Source: a virus | Length of the DNA stretch: 64,000 nt | Direction: 5' to 3' (one strand) | IMG/VR virus record: IMGVR_UViG_3300046804_005146 | Location: 1 to 64,000 of that record | In this document: positions 1 to 10,338 of the stretch, in pieces | Numbering within the stretch: the stretch's first letter is position 1 | Layout of the letters: each line of letters begins with the position of its first letter | The notes under the pieces: generated by a model | Told to the model about the DNA's origin: nothing | What the model saw: the letters and a program-made list of their open reading frames with translations, nothing else | The model's database searches: none | Made by a program: the position numbers and the translations under genes

Positions 1-1377
1 ATTCAGATCGTTAGTGTATTCTAAAACTTTTTCTTCTATATGATAAAAAAGATTAGACTTATTGGAATCTATTTCTTTTACTAACTCTGTTAGTTTATAT
101 TGAAATATCTTATTAGTACTTTCTACAAAAGTAGAATATTTTGTTTCAAATGTAGTTTTAACTTCTTCAGTTAATGTCTTTGATACATCTGCTACTTTTG
201 TTTCTATTTTTTTACCTAATTCATCTGAGTATGTTGCAATTTTTTCACTAATCTCGTAAGATAAGTCTGTTTTATTATCGTTAATTAGCTTATGCAATTC
301 AGAAGATTTGAGTTCAAATATTTTGTTACTCTCTTCTGAAACAAACTTATCATTACTAATTTTTATATTAGCTAATGCTTCATTTACTAATGCAGTAGCT
401 GATTTTTCAAAATCCTGTTTAGCGTCACCCGCTATTTTTAAATATTGTTCGATTAATTTATTTTCACTCTCATTAACTGAGAGTTTAATGTTATCGTTTA
501 TATTATTAAATGTTTCTTGATTACTTTCTTTTATTAACTTTACTTGCTTGTCAATATCACTTGAAAGCTCTTTTGCAGATAACTTAAAGTTTGCTTCTAA
601 TCTTGTATCAATATCATTTATTAAACTCGTTAAATCTGTTGATGCTTTTTCTAATACTACATTTAATATTTTTTCTTTTTCTTGTTCAAATAGATTGGTA
701 AGTTTTTGGGTATGCTCAGATATTATAGTAGATGATTTTTCTGCAATATCATTTGAATTTAATTGTTTTAATTCCGCAACTATATCTTCTAATTTTTTCT
801 CTGCAACTGTAACAAATACATCTTTATTCTCTTCTATTACATGGTAGAAGTGCTCAAGTAATTTAGTTTTATATTCTTCTAATTTTGAATCAACAATTTT
901 ATTAGCATACTCTGTTTGTTCTTTAATTAGAGATAATTGCTGTTTTTGCTTTTCTATATCTAGTAGAGCTTGTTCTTTTAGTTTTGTTATTTCCTTTTGA
1001 ACTGAAGTGTCTACTGGTGTCTGAACTTTTTCAGTTATAAGCTTATCTATTTTAGCAGGAACGTGGTGTATTAATTTCGGTACAGGTGAATAGTTAGCTT
1101 GTGTTACGTTGGATTCGTTTAGATGAACTCTTACATCTGCTTTTTCTTTTACTAGTAAAAAAGTTACATTATGATAAACTTTATCACCAAGTGTAAAGTC
1201 TTTAATTCTTACTAGCGGACCTGTTCTAGTATTATCAACAAATTCTGCAATAAAAGATTTACCGTTAATTTCGACATTATAAATATCGAAAAACACCTCT
1301 TTGTAGTTATCTACAAAGAGGATGTTGTTGTTAGAATTAACAGCCGGTAAATTAACCCCATTGAGAATGCAGTCCAT
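1..1377 (-). CDS. Large coiled-coil protein, partial (runs off window start)
   Basis: Not in ORF track. ATG at 1377 (MDCILNGVNLPAVNSNNNILF...); frame open at both ends where I translated it; E/K/I-rich; TAAATA 6 nt upstream. Confidence 0.75.
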   Translation of the reverse strand, partial: MDCILNGVNLPAVNSNNNILFVDNYKEVFFDIYNVEINGKSFIAEFVDNTRTGPLVRIKDFTLGDKVYHNVTFLLVKEKADVRVHLNESNVTQANYSPVPKLIHHVPAKIDKLITEKVQTPVDTSVQKEITKLKEQALLDIEKQKQQLSLIKEQTEYANKIVDSKLEEYKTKLLEHFYHVIEENKDVFVTVAEKKLEDIVAELKQLNSNDIAEKSSTIISEHTQKLTNLFEQEKEKILNVVLEKASTDLTSLINDIDTRLEANFKLSAKELSSDIDKQVKLIKESNQETFNNINDNIKLSVNESENKLIEQYLKIAGDAKQDFEKSATALVNEALANIKISNDKFVSEESNKIFELKSSELHKLINDNKTDLSYEISEKIATYSDELGKKIETKVADVSKTLTEEVKTTFETKYSTFVESTNKIFQYKLTELVKEIDSNKSNLFYHIEEKVLEYTNDLN

Positions 1378-1386
1378 TAATAATAT

Positions 1387-2358
1387 TTATTGCTTAGACA
1401 TCTTGACGTGTGGAGTAGAAACGTTTGAAAGATTACTAGAATACTTATATAGAACGTTAGAATTATTTGCTCTAACAGGGTTAATATCAATACCACCACG
1501 TCTTGCATACAAACACATAACAAACAGCTCCTCTGGTTCAAACTTATCATACAAACGTTTGTAAATGCATTCACAAATTTCTTCATGGAAATGACATTCA
1601 CTTCTAAACGAAACAATATACTTCAACAAGCTAAGTTTATCGATGCTATGTTTGCCGACATAATGGATAAACACATCACCCCAGTCTGGCTGACTAGTGA
1701 CACGGCAATTACTCTTAAGTAATGCAGAGTGGAAGTTATGTTCTACTGCTAAGTTATATACTGCTTCACTCTTTAAAAGATCAGGTGTTTCTTGAAAAGT
1801 GTCAAACATTGCTGATACAATATCCTTTTCATTTATAGATGTTTCTAGCGTATTGTAGTAATATTTTTCGTACGCTGCATGAGCATTTACCTTTACTGTA
1901 TCGTATTCTTGCGGTGTAATAAAACCAACTGACACTTTAGTGTCTAACAGTTTAGATAGATCTGCACTTGCTATCTTAGTAAACTTATCAATAGCTAAAT
2001 GAAAAGACGATCCCATCTTCTCCATGTTAAAGCTATTGAAGTACAGTTTAATAGACTTACTTTCAACGATATACTTACTATCACATGGATACTTTATCTT
2101 AGCTACACCTGTAACGGGACAACCATTATCGAGTAGAAAAGAACATTCATATGCATTCCAAGTATCGAATCCAACGAAAGGCAAACTATCATCTTTGATA
2201 CCTAGATACGTGCGATTATTCTGTCTTGGTTCTTTTACAAGAAGAGAACTATCGTATGTACTCTTGTATTGAGATACCTTACCAAGATGCACACTGATGT
2301 TTGAATTGTCTAGTACTTGATTCATATTAAAGTTTAATTGTTGGTTTGTATTTTTCAA
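1387..2358 (-). CDS. queF: NADPH-dependent preQ0 (7-cyano-7-deazaguanine) reductase, bimodular type
   Basis: IVESKSIKLYFNSFN, catalytic SNCRVTSQPDWG, FHEE, YARRGGIDINP. Confidence 0.93.
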   Translation of the reverse strand: MKNTNQQLNFNMNQVLDNSNISVHLGKVSQYKSTYDSSLLVKEPRQNNRTYLGIKDDSLPFVGFDTWNAYECSFLLDNGCPVTGVAKIKYPCDSKYIVESKSIKLYFNSFNMEKMGSSFHLAIDKFTKIASADLSKLLDTKVSVGFITPQEYDTVKVNAHAAYEKYYYNTLETSINEKDIVSAMFDTFQETPDLLKSEAVYNLAVEHNFHSALLKSNCRVTSQPDWGDVFIHYVGKHSIDKLSLLKYIVSFRSECHFHEEICECIYKRLYDKFEPEELFVMCLYARRGGIDINPVRANNSNVLYKYSSNLSNVSTPHVKMSKQ

Positions 2359-2890
2359 TAGTAGATCTGATAATAGAGTATCTTTCTTCTACACCACCAG
2401 ATAGTCTAACAATATTGTTCAATTTATACTCACTGATATAGTATTCAAAAAGATCGATAATTTTGTTTCTAAATTCAATATCAATACTTCTCACACCATC
2501 ATCAACCAACGGTATCGATGGATCAGTATAAAACATTAAATCATATCTACCTTTCAATTGCTCAAAAACATATTCAGCATAATGACCAAGTCTGTGATCT
2601 AAATTTTGCTTATAACTAATATAAGTTGTATACACCAATCCATCCAACGCACATCTATCAAACACACAATCTCTATCTTTATTTCTCAAAAAGTTATCAA
2701 CATGACTGTTGATAGTCATCATTTGAGTAAAGCTAGTACCATGCTCATTAATAGAAATACTATACCTTTCTTTTAAACTTCTAGTTATTTCAGGCTCAAA
2801 ATGCCAGTCTTTGAAATATACATCTTCTTTCATCTTATTAAGAAGAGTACTTTTACCTGAACTCTGTGCACCTGTAAATGAAATAATCAT
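2327..2890 (-). CDS. P-loop nucleotide/nucleoside kinase-like protein (AAA_28/thymidylate kinase-like)
   Basis: N-terminal GAQSSGKST, FDRCALD, DDGVR lid. Confidence 0.75.
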   Translation of the reverse strand: MIISFTGAQSSGKSTLLNKMKEDVYFKDWHFEPEITRSLKERYSISINEHGTSFTQMMTINSHVDNFLRNKDRDCVFDRCALDGLVYTTYISYKQNLDHRLGHYAEYVFEQLKGRYDLMFYTDPSIPLVDDGVRSIDIEFRNKIIDLFEYYISEYKLNNIVRLSGGVEERYSIIRSTIEKYKPTIKL

Positions 2891-3690
2891 CTGCGTAGAA
2901 TAGACTTAAACATTGTAGTATTGTAATAGATGTTATCCATCTCAGTATCATTAACTTTATGTTCAATTAAGTCTGCTAATTTCACAGTTGGTTTATCATT
3001 GAGCCCAAAATCACTATTATATCTCAATCCTTGAATACCAGCCACGACAGGATTAGACGTATCACAACTCCTAATATTATAAATGTTATTGTCAACATAA
3101 TATCTAAATTCTTTAGCTAATGAACACCCGAGTAGATGATGCGGTTTATTCCAATTCCAAAAACCGTCTTGAATAAGACGGTTAATAAATTGCTGTCTAC
3201 CATTACACCAACGTTCAAGTTTGTTTCTACCTCTACCAGTAATAATATAATAAGAAAAATCGAAACTGATTGCAATATAATCGGCATTTTCTGACATAAA
3301 CCTATAACAATCTACTAGTTCATCATAAGTCTTACCTTGCACGGCTCCAATCTTTACCCCCGGTAAATTCTTGTATTCGTTTACAAACTTAACATAACTA
3401 TTTACAGTCTCGTAAGCATCTTCCAACACATCAGGCACGATATAATATGTTGGCTTAAGACTATCTACATACCCTGCAAACTTTTTGCTATCAAAAGCTT
3501 TACCTAACTCAAAAATACTATTATCTAAAAGAACATCTCTATTGTTGAGTAATGAATGCTTAAAAAAATTATAATATTCGGAGTGTTTCTCAAATAGATG
3601 TACTAATGCATAGTCATAGTCATTATACACTAGAGAGTTTTTAAGAATTGAAATAGGAGATTCGTGTGAAACTAAAATTTTATTACCCAT
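2887..3690 (-). CDS. TGT/DpdA-like TIM-barrel base-exchange enzyme (putative 7-deazaguanine insertion)
   Basis: LLDNS, IVPDV, AVQG, HHLLG, SCDTS motifs in TGT order; first gene of operon with queF. Confidence 0.65.
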   Translation of the reverse strand: MGNKILVSHESPISILKNSLVYNDYDYALVHLFEKHSEYYNFFKHSLLNNRDVLLDNSIFELGKAFDSKKFAGYVDSLKPTYYIVPDVLEDAYETVNSYVKFVNEYKNLPGVKIGAVQGKTYDELVDCYRFMSENADYIAISFDFSYYIITGRGRNKLERWCNGRQQFINRLIQDGFWNWNKPHHLLGCSLAKEFRYYVDNNIYNIRSCDTSNPVVAGIQGLRYNSDFGLNDKPTVKLADLIEHKVNDTEMDNIYYNTTMFKSILRR

Positions 3691-3695
3691 ACACT

Positions 3696-3722
3696 ATTAT
3701 AGTAATTCTTTGATAAAATCAA
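3696..3722 (-). promoter_or_regulatory. Sigma70-like promoter of TGT-like/kinase/queF operon
   Basis: TTGATT-N15-TATAAT-N5-ATG(3690). Confidence 0.6.
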
Positions 3723-3730
3723 TGTTTGGT

Positions 3731-3736
3731 TAAATA
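3731..3736 (+). promoter_or_regulatory. T4-type late promoter core
   Basis: TAAATA-N5-ATG(3742); motif recurs before many genes. Confidence 0.6.
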
Positions 3737-3741
3737 ATTAT

Positions 3742-4602
3742 ATGTCTTGCTTAGAGAAGTTAAAAAATATACCTGGCGTATCTGCTGTAGACCAGGCTTT
3801 AAAAGGTATTACTCCTTCTGCTTTGCAAGGTAAATCATTATCTCAAAGAGTTGCTGATGTTGGTAATAGTTTAAATAGCGTAAAAGATAATATAAAGCAA
3901 CAAGTAACTGCGGCAGTTGATAATGCTATAAATGCAGTTACTGGTCAAATAGGGGCTACGGTAAATCAAATTAAAGGTATAGCTAATAATCTAAAAAATT
4001 TAGGCAGAAGTTTTATAAATGCTTTTGAGAAAACAGCACAAGTTTTAGCTAAAACTGCTAAAGCTGTTTATGAAGCTATTGAATGTGAAACTACCGCAAT
4101 AAAAGACGGAATTACGCAAGCTTACGAAACATCTTTACTACAAACAGATATACAACAAGCAGCCGGTAATGTTCAACTATCAAATAATTTAGCAAAACAG
4201 GCATCAGAAAATATAGAAACTCGAACAGCATTAATAAATGCTCAAACAGAAGCTACTTTAGCTGTGACTGCAACTGCCGCTGTTGCCACACCAAGTAATA
4301 AACAAATAAACGAAAAACAAGTCAAGACAGTAGATAAAATGCAAACACTGTCAACACAAATAGATTACGATATCGTATATGAAAGGCCGGTTAGAGATTT
4401 AACTCAATTATCTAGACTACAACTTTTGGATATTTTAAGGGAACGTTTATCAGGTGTAATGAATTACTATTCTAATAGTAAATATCCTCAAATTAAAGCT
4501 GCTAGATTAGCAGAACAAATACGTATAGAAAATGATATTAAAAACGACTCTACACCTAAGTTTTTATACATCGAAAATGAAAAATATATAATTAAAAGAT
4601 GA
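3742..4602 (+). CDS. Hypothetical Ala/Gln-rich helical protein, possibly baseplate-associated
   Basis: 286 aa ORF, overlaps gp5-like gene, late promoter motif. Confidence 0.6.
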   Translation: MSCLEKLKNIPGVSAVDQALKGITPSALQGKSLSQRVADVGNSLNSVKDNIKQQVTAAVDNAINAVTGQIGATVNQIKGIANNLKNLGRSFINAFEKTAQVLAKTAKAVYEAIECETTAIKDGITQAYETSLLQTDIQQAAGNVQLSNNLAKQASENIETRTALINAQTEATLAVTATAAVATPSNKQINEKQVKTVDKMQTLSTQIDYDIVYERPVRDLTQLSRLQLLDILRERLSGVMNYYSNSKYPQIKAARLAEQIRIENDIKNDSTPKFLYIENEKYIIKR

Positions 4603-6983
4603 AAGAATATTACGGCAATTATGTAGGTTTAGTTGTACAAAATAACGACCCAGATAGGATGGGTAAAGTTAAAGTATTTGTACCGCATATAAGTGGTACT
4701 GTTTATAAAAGATGGGTTGAAGAAAAGCTAAATAAAAAATTTAACTTCCCTGGAGCTAATTTATATTCAGCACTAACAGAATCTATACAAGGTATAAATG
4801 GTGATGAAAATGTCACAACAATTATACAGGAATTAAAAAACATATTACCATGGGCTCAATGTGCAGCTCCATTAACCAGTGAAAATAGTAGTGGAAGATT
4901 TAACTCATTCCACTCTTTTGGAGGTATATCTGATGCTAATTACTATTCTGAATTTTCCAGCACAACAACCGACGCTAGTGCAACCCCTGGTAAGCCAGGA
5001 GCATTCTACGAAAAGACAGATAATAGACTTTCAGATGCATTTACCAAAGCTAGTAACAATGTAAATAGACCTAATCCTCTTTCATACGAATATGTACCTT
5101 CAACTTATTCTAATCGAGCTAAAGGTGCATTTGGTATACCTGCTGTCGGTTCACATGTTTGGGTATTTTTTAGAGACGGCAATCCAACACAACCTGTATA
5201 TTTTGCTGTTGCATATGGTGAGGTAGATTGGAGAGGTATATATGAAAGTTATGAAACACCCGGTGTAGATTATCCAGGATCATTTGAAAATAGCATTGAG
5301 TATAACGATAATGTTGAAACATATAGAAACAAGTATGTTATAAATCAAAAAGGCGGTTCAATAGAAATTACTAATACAGATTTAAAAGAGAACATTAAAT
5401 TTACTCATTACTCTGGCTCATTTAAAGAATTTAATAATCAAGCTAACATAGAACTAGCTACTAACAACGATCAAAAACTAGTATTAAATGATGAGTATTC
5501 CACTGTAAGAGGATTTAAAAATGAGTATACGGGTAAAAATTTAGATGAGATTATTGTCAGAGATAAGTATAAAAAGGTAGGCAGTTTAAATGCAGATGCT
5601 TTTAGAGAATGGAAAAGTGTTGTAGCTCCTATTCAGGATAATAAACAACTATTTGAAATTCAAAGAGCAGTCCCTAACAACGTTTACGATCCGTCAGGCC
5701 GTTTAGTTATTAAACGCAACAGTTTAATGCAAACAAGAGTCGGTACATTTGCACCGCACCCTGTATTGCAAGGTACTAATTTATATTGGTGTTTAGAAAA
5801 TAATTCTATAACCGTGCCATCAACTATTAATTCTGTGTCCAATTCTGTGATAGATGGTCCATCTAGACTGTTTGATAGTAGTATACCAGCTACTACTCAA
5901 CCTATTTTTACCCCTTCTTCTTTTGATGCTATAAGATATCAAGGTGAAAGTGGAGTTGTCTGGGGTACAGGTGGTGTAGGTGCTAGTACATCGTCTGAAA
6001 ATGGAGTATGGGCTCCAGATTTAAGAAAAGAAAATATAGCTACATTAATGCAAGCTGCTATGACTCAATTAGCAGATATAGAAAGCAAATTAGGTATAGG
6101 TGGTAGTGAAATAATACAAATCACTAAACATAAGATAGAAACTATAGGTATGGAGGTAAATGATTTTGGTAGCTTTAGATATGATGAAGTTGGTAAAATG
6201 CTATCAAATGAAATGTTAATTGATAAAAAAGGTACATATGTAAATTACAAAGAAAGTCCTTTATTAGAATACACCCACGTTCAAGATTTACCCGGTGGTA
6301 ACTACACTTTAAATGTTTGTAATAGATTTAATGTGTTAGTTGGTGCCGGTGGTTTAAATTTGAAGTCTATTGGACCTACTAACATAACCGGTACTATAAC
6401 TAACATAGCTGGTGAACAATTAAATCTAGTAAGTGAAAATGAAGTTAATATAGATTCAAACACCATAAATATATCAGCTAATATATTAAGACTTAAAAAT
6501 AAAAACAATAGACAGGTGTTTGTTGATAGCAATTTAGGTGTATCAAAAAATATTATCGTTGGTGGAGCTTTATCAGTTGAAGGTGAGATGTTTGTACAGC
6601 ATATTACAGCACCGAAAGAATATCAAGTAACTGAACCTACAACAGTTTTCGGTTCCATAGTTGGTGGTACTACCTTACCTATTACTATTAGATTACAAGG
6701 GGTAGCTTTAGGAGGGTTAGGTAACTCAGTAACTAACTCTGGAGGACCTAGTAATTTAATGAGTTATACACCCGGTGGGCTTAATTTTATAGATATCTTA
6801 GGTACAATCACTATAGGAGATGAAGTTACACCAGATTGTATTAAATTAGCACCTCATTCACATGTATTTCCAAACTTACCTCTCACGTTATTCAACAGTA
6901 ATGAGGAAGTAAGAATATCTGGAAGTGAGTTAAACAGCAATAATATTGTACCAGCCACACAGAGAATACACGAGAAAAAATAA
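4599..6983 (+). CDS. Baseplate hub/spike, T4 gp5/VgrG-like
   Basis: OB-fold motifs GLVVQNNDPDRMGKVKV and IPAVGSHVWVFFRDGNPTQPVY; beta-rich C-terminus with HSH. Confidence 0.8.
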   Translation: MKEYYGNYVGLVVQNNDPDRMGKVKVFVPHISGTVYKRWVEEKLNKKFNFPGANLYSALTESIQGINGDENVTTIIQELKNILPWAQCAAPLTSENSSGRFNSFHSFGGISDANYYSEFSSTTTDASATPGKPGAFYEKTDNRLSDAFTKASNNVNRPNPLSYEYVPSTYSNRAKGAFGIPAVGSHVWVFFRDGNPTQPVYFAVAYGEVDWRGIYESYETPGVDYPGSFENSIEYNDNVETYRNKYVINQKGGSIEITNTDLKENIKFTHYSGSFKEFNNQANIELATNNDQKLVLNDEYSTVRGFKNEYTGKNLDEIIVRDKYKKVGSLNADAFREWKSVVAPIQDNKQLFEIQRAVPNNVYDPSGRLVIKRNSLMQTRVGTFAPHPVLQGTNLYWCLENNSITVPSTINSVSNSVIDGPSRLFDSSIPATTQPIFTPSSFDAIRYQGESGVVWGTGGVGASTSSENGVWAPDLRKENIATLMQAAMTQLADIESKLGIGGSEIIQITKHKIETIGMEVNDFGSFRYDEVGKMLSNEMLIDKKGTYVNYKESPLLEYTHVQDLPGGNYTLNVCNRFNVLVGAGGLNLKSIGPTNITGTITNIAGEQLNLVSENEVNIDSNTINISANILRLKNKNNRQVFVDSNLGVSKNIIVGGALSVEGEMFVQHITAPKEYQVTEPTTVFGSIVGGTTLPITIRLQGVALGGLGNSVTNSGGPSNLMSYTPGGLNFIDILGTITIGDEVTPDCIKLAPHSHVFPNLPLTLFNSNEEVRISGSELNSNNIVPATQRIHEKK

Positions 6984-6991
6984 ATAATTAT

Positions 6992-7351
6992 ATGTCAGAT
7001 AACAACGATAATGTTTCTATTAATACTTTATTTAGCGTTGTTAATATTATTAGAGTTGTAGGTATAGCTGTATTATCGTTTTTCGTGTTTTGGTTAAATT
7101 CAAGTTACGTATCATTAGATAAGTACCATAACTTAGAAGAAAGAGTGTTTGTATTAGAGCAGAAAACATCTAGTTCAGAAAGACAGATGGATAGTGTAAT
7201 GAATATGTTAAAACTTATAGATTCACGCATTTCTAACTTAATTACTCCAAACGGTACTGTTATATATTCTGACAAGATATTAAAGATGGATAGTGATATC
7301 GAAATTATTAAACGCGATATAAATTACATCAAAGAATATATTAAACGATAA
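6992..7351 (+). CDS. Membrane-anchored coiled-coil protein
   Basis: Hydrophobic segment IIRVVGIAVLSFFVFWL then heptads; TAAATA 5 nt upstream. Confidence 0.6.
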   Translation: MSDNNDNVSINTLFSVVNIIRVVGIAVLSFFVFWLNSSYVSLDKYHNLEERVFVLEQKTSSSERQMDSVMNMLKLIDSRISNLITPNGTVIYSDKILKMDSDIEIIKRDINYIKEYIKR

Positions 7352-7377
7352 AAAAAGCCGGGCATTTCTGCCCGGCT
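7350..7377 (-). terminator. Intrinsic terminator between convergent genes
   Basis: AGCCGGGCA-TTTC-TGCCCGGCT hairpin; A-run gives U-tail on minus strand. Confidence 0.85.
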
Positions 7378-7381
7378 AGTA

Positions 7382-7792
7382 TTACGTGATCTGTATCAAC
7401 TTAACTGGTGTCTTTTTATTCTTCGGTATTGTAATGGTAAGCACACCATCTTTTTGAGAAGCGGTTATATTCTCAAGCTGGTAATCTTTACCAACAGTAA
7501 AGCTCCTGTTTAAAGTAAAGGTTTTCTTGCCTTGCTGATCTTGCACCGTTCTCTTAGCTTTAATGTAGATTTCTCTTTCATCACTATCTACCTTCATTTC
7601 AGTGTCTTCTTTAATAACACCTGGTAGATCGATTTCTACATTCATATGTGTCTCTGTACTGTTAAAACGTACCGTGTCACCGGTACGGTAAATGTCTTCC
7701 AAGTTATGGAAGACAGGCATTAAGTTGAACTGCTCATTTACTAGCCGTTCAAGCGCGTTTATTGGATTGTAGTATGTAGTTAGTTTAGTCAT
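7382..7792 (-). CDS. Small heat shock protein (Hsp20)
   Basis: EIDLPGVIKED, RSFTV, ITASQKDGVLTITIPK. Confidence 0.9.
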   Translation of the reverse strand: MTKLTTYYNPINALERLVNEQFNLMPVFHNLEDIYRTGDTVRFNSTETHMNVEIDLPGVIKEDTEMKVDSDEREIYIKAKRTVQDQQGKKTFTLNRSFTVGKDYQLENITASQKDGVLTITIPKNKKTPVKLIQIT

Positions 7793-7798
7793 ACAAAA

Positions 7799-7996
7799 TT
7801 ATTTATTTTTTATTCTAAAATGCTGTATTATTTTTTCAATATCAGGTTTGCATAACTTGCATTTAGTACAGCAAACTACATGATTTTGAACATGTTCTAC
7901 GTTTAGAATATCTTTGTTAGATTCAACAACGTTTATTATATGCTCGTACTGTACATTATTACACACACAGTACGAGCCTACTAAATTATCTACCAT
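7799..7996 (-). CDS. Bfd-like [2Fe-2S] protein
   Basis: CVC...CTKCKLC in 65 aa. Confidence 0.6.
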   Translation of the reverse strand: MVDNLVGSYCVCNNVQYEHIINVVESNKDILNVEHVQNHVVCCTKCKLCKPDIEKIIQHFRIKNK

Positions 7997-8138
7997 TTAG
8001 AAGTAATTGCAAAATGAGCTTTTTACAAAGAATAATGTATTCTTTATCTGACAGGCATAGATATCTGTTACCATGCCTGTCATAAAAGCCGTATGAATCA
8101 CCGGGATCAAGTTTAAAAAGAATTGAATCATATTGCAC
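7986..8138 (-). CDS. Small hypothetical protein (50 aa)
   Basis: Not in ORF track. GTG start, MQYDSILFKLDPGDSYGFYDRHGNRYLC...; fills gap between nrdJ and Bfd-like gene; a second 44 aa frame is also open. Confidence 0.35.
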   Translation of the reverse strand: MQYDSILFKLDPGDSYGFYDRHGNRYLCLSDKEYIILCKKLILQLLLNGR

Positions 8139-10338
8139 ATGCACCTCCTGCACAAGCTTGAGCTCCTAACGTTGTTGCATCTACATGTGATTCATTCTCT
8201 TCTACTACAGTAGACCAATCTATCTCCTTATATTCTCTCTGTAAGTCGCACCATGTCTTCCAAAGGGAGACATGCTTTAGACAGTGAGTAGCTTTACGTT
8301 TGTTACCATTGAAATATCTATCTGCAAATTGATGCAAACGTCTATTCCAATCAAGCTTTCTCCATTGCGAATCACTCTGCGGGCAATCTTTAATTTTCTC
8401 ACCTATACCGAGAGCACTGTCGCAGGCAGCCCATAAGTTGTTCTTGAAAGCATGCAATCCATCAACAATTAACCCACTTGCAAATACTGCAGCATCACCA
8501 TACTCTTCTACTATCTCTTTTGCATTAAGAACAGTTGCAAAAGGTGCCTGTGGATAATCTAAGTCACCAGAAGCAGATAGAAGAGAGATTCCAGCAAACC
8601 ATTTTCTATTTGTGTAGATGTAATCTCTAACAACGTCCCACTCATCTTCTGCTACCGTAATGGTATTACTGACATTATGTCTAAGAGCAGGTGAAACACA
8701 AAGCTCTTTATTAGTACCAGCTTCTACCCAATTCTGTTGAGTCAATTTAACTTTCTCTAATAGATCAACAGCTTTCAAATTATTCTTTGTAACAGCCCCT
8801 TTTGGTACTTCACATAGAAACGATACAACTTTATCAGTTTGTGTAGCACTCCATACAGAAGTTTCTACTGCAAGAGGATTAATTTCTTCGAATTTCTGAA
8901 GAGGAAATTCAAGATGATTTGCTTGCACACGACGGATATAGCGTTTTGCGTGGTGAGGATGGATACCGGAAGCTGTACCTAACACACAAGAAGTACTACC
9001 AGCTGGTTTAACGCAAGTAGTTCTAGCAGCTGCATTTATACCAATCAACTTAGCAATCTTCTTATTCATCTTCTTAATCTCTTGAGCACCTTTACGTTGA
9101 ATTTCTGGATTGAGAAGAATTTCTGGGTTATCCATAATACCGGTTATAGAGCAACCTAACAAAGCTTCTTTATCGGTAATCTCTTTTGTCTCTTTTGACA
9201 AATATTTGAAGTCTGTGTATCCAGCCTGTAAAGTACCAATAACAGCAGCAGCTCTACAAGCCTGTAAAAACTTTTCTTCTGTATCACAGTACTTACCGTT
9301 AATTTCGCAGAGATTGCAGAATTGCCATCCACTACGACCATCTTCCGTCTGAGGATACAGACCGATTTCTACACAAGGGTTATACCCACAATCTTCATTT
9401 TCTGCGAATACAAATCCTGGTTCACCGAATTGTTTTGTTGATTCGATAAGCTTTGTAAACTCTTCTTTAGTCACCTCATCTTTAACAAGTAAGACTGAAT
9501 TGTTAGATCTAGCTCTCTGAGGATTATCAATAAACCAAGAACCTGTTTTAGCATTCATCATTTCACTATCGGTCTTACTGAACAGACAGATAGTGGCTGA
9601 TCTACGAACACCACCTGATAGAACTGCATTACTGAAATGCATAATCATATCATAAACATCAATAGAACGTAGTTTAACGGAATCTTTATTATGCAGTCTG
9701 TTGAGAATGATCTTACGAGCTTTCTCTAACGCTGCTCTAAGACCTTCTGGTCCAGGAGCTTTAAACTGACCAGCAATTAAAGCTCCTTCTGGTCTGATTG
9801 TCGAAAGATCATATTCGATATCATATCCAAAGAATTCAGAATCTTTGACAAGAAACGATTCCACCAACACTCTAACGCATTCTGACCATCCTTCGATACT
9901 ATCTTCTGGAGTAAACACTTTTCTGCCTTTAGTAGTAGCATAAGCGTTAGGCAGCTTATTAATGTGTTTATGCTGTACACTGAAACCAACACCACACCCA
10001 CAAAGAAGCAAATACATTGCTTCAGAAAATGCAGCAGGACGATCAATATATCCAAAACTACAGTTAAATACTTTTGCATTATGTTTAAAGACTGGTTCAC
10101 CGCCAAATTGCAATATACGTTGAGCCCCTAACACCCTTTTCTTTTTTACTTGAGTTTTAGCAAACTCTAATTCTTTAACGAGTTCTGGGTGACTGTTAAT
10201 TGCATTTTGATATCTAGTAGAATGCATATCAAAAACGCGGTTAACCATCTCATCCCAAGACTCTCTGCGCTTTTTCTCAGGTAAGTAACGCGCATATTTT
10301 GCGTAAATTGTGTAATCAGATAGTGCTTTGACGCTCAT
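8128..10338 (-). CDS. nrdJ: Class II (adenosylcobalamin-dependent) ribonucleotide reductase, monomeric RTPR-like
   Basis: FNC, GGVRRSA, YNPCVEI, TCVKPAGSTS, C-terminal CAGGAC. Confidence 0.85.
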   Translation of the reverse strand: MSVKALSDYTIYAKYARYLPEKKRRESWDEMVNRVFDMHSTRYQNAINSHPELVKELEFAKTQVKKKRVLGAQRILQFGGEPVFKHNAKVFNCSFGYIDRPAAFSEAMYLLLCGCGVGFSVQHKHINKLPNAYATTKGRKVFTPEDSIEGWSECVRVLVESFLVKDSEFFGYDIEYDLSTIRPEGALIAGQFKAPGPEGLRAALEKARKIILNRLHNKDSVKLRSIDVYDMIMHFSNAVLSGGVRRSATICLFSKTDSEMMNAKTGSWFIDNPQRARSNNSVLLVKDEVTKEEFTKLIESTKQFGEPGFVFAENEDCGYNPCVEIGLYPQTEDGRSGWQFCNLCEINGKYCDTEEKFLQACRAAAVIGTLQAGYTDFKYLSKETKEITDKEALLGCSITGIMDNPEILLNPEIQRKGAQEIKKMNKKIAKLIGINAAARTTCVKPAGSTSCVLGTASGIHPHHAKRYIRRVQANHLEFPLQKFEEINPLAVETSVWSATQTDKVVSFLCEVPKGAVTKNNLKAVDLLEKVKLTQQNWVEAGTNKELCVSPALRHNVSNTITVAEDEWDVVRDYIYTNRKWFAGISLLSASGDLDYPQAPFATVLNAKEIVEEYGDAAVFASGLIVDGLHAFKNNLWAACDSALGIGEKIKDCPQSDSQWRKLDWNRRLHQFADRYFNGNKRKATHCLKHVSLWKTWCDLQREYKEIDWSTVVEENESHVDATTLGAQACAGGACAI

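Noticed and set aside
308-1616. Short ORFs 308..520, 548..847, 1322..1564 and 1377..1616
   Set aside because: Antisense or off-frame shadows of the long minus-strand gene (1..1377) and queF
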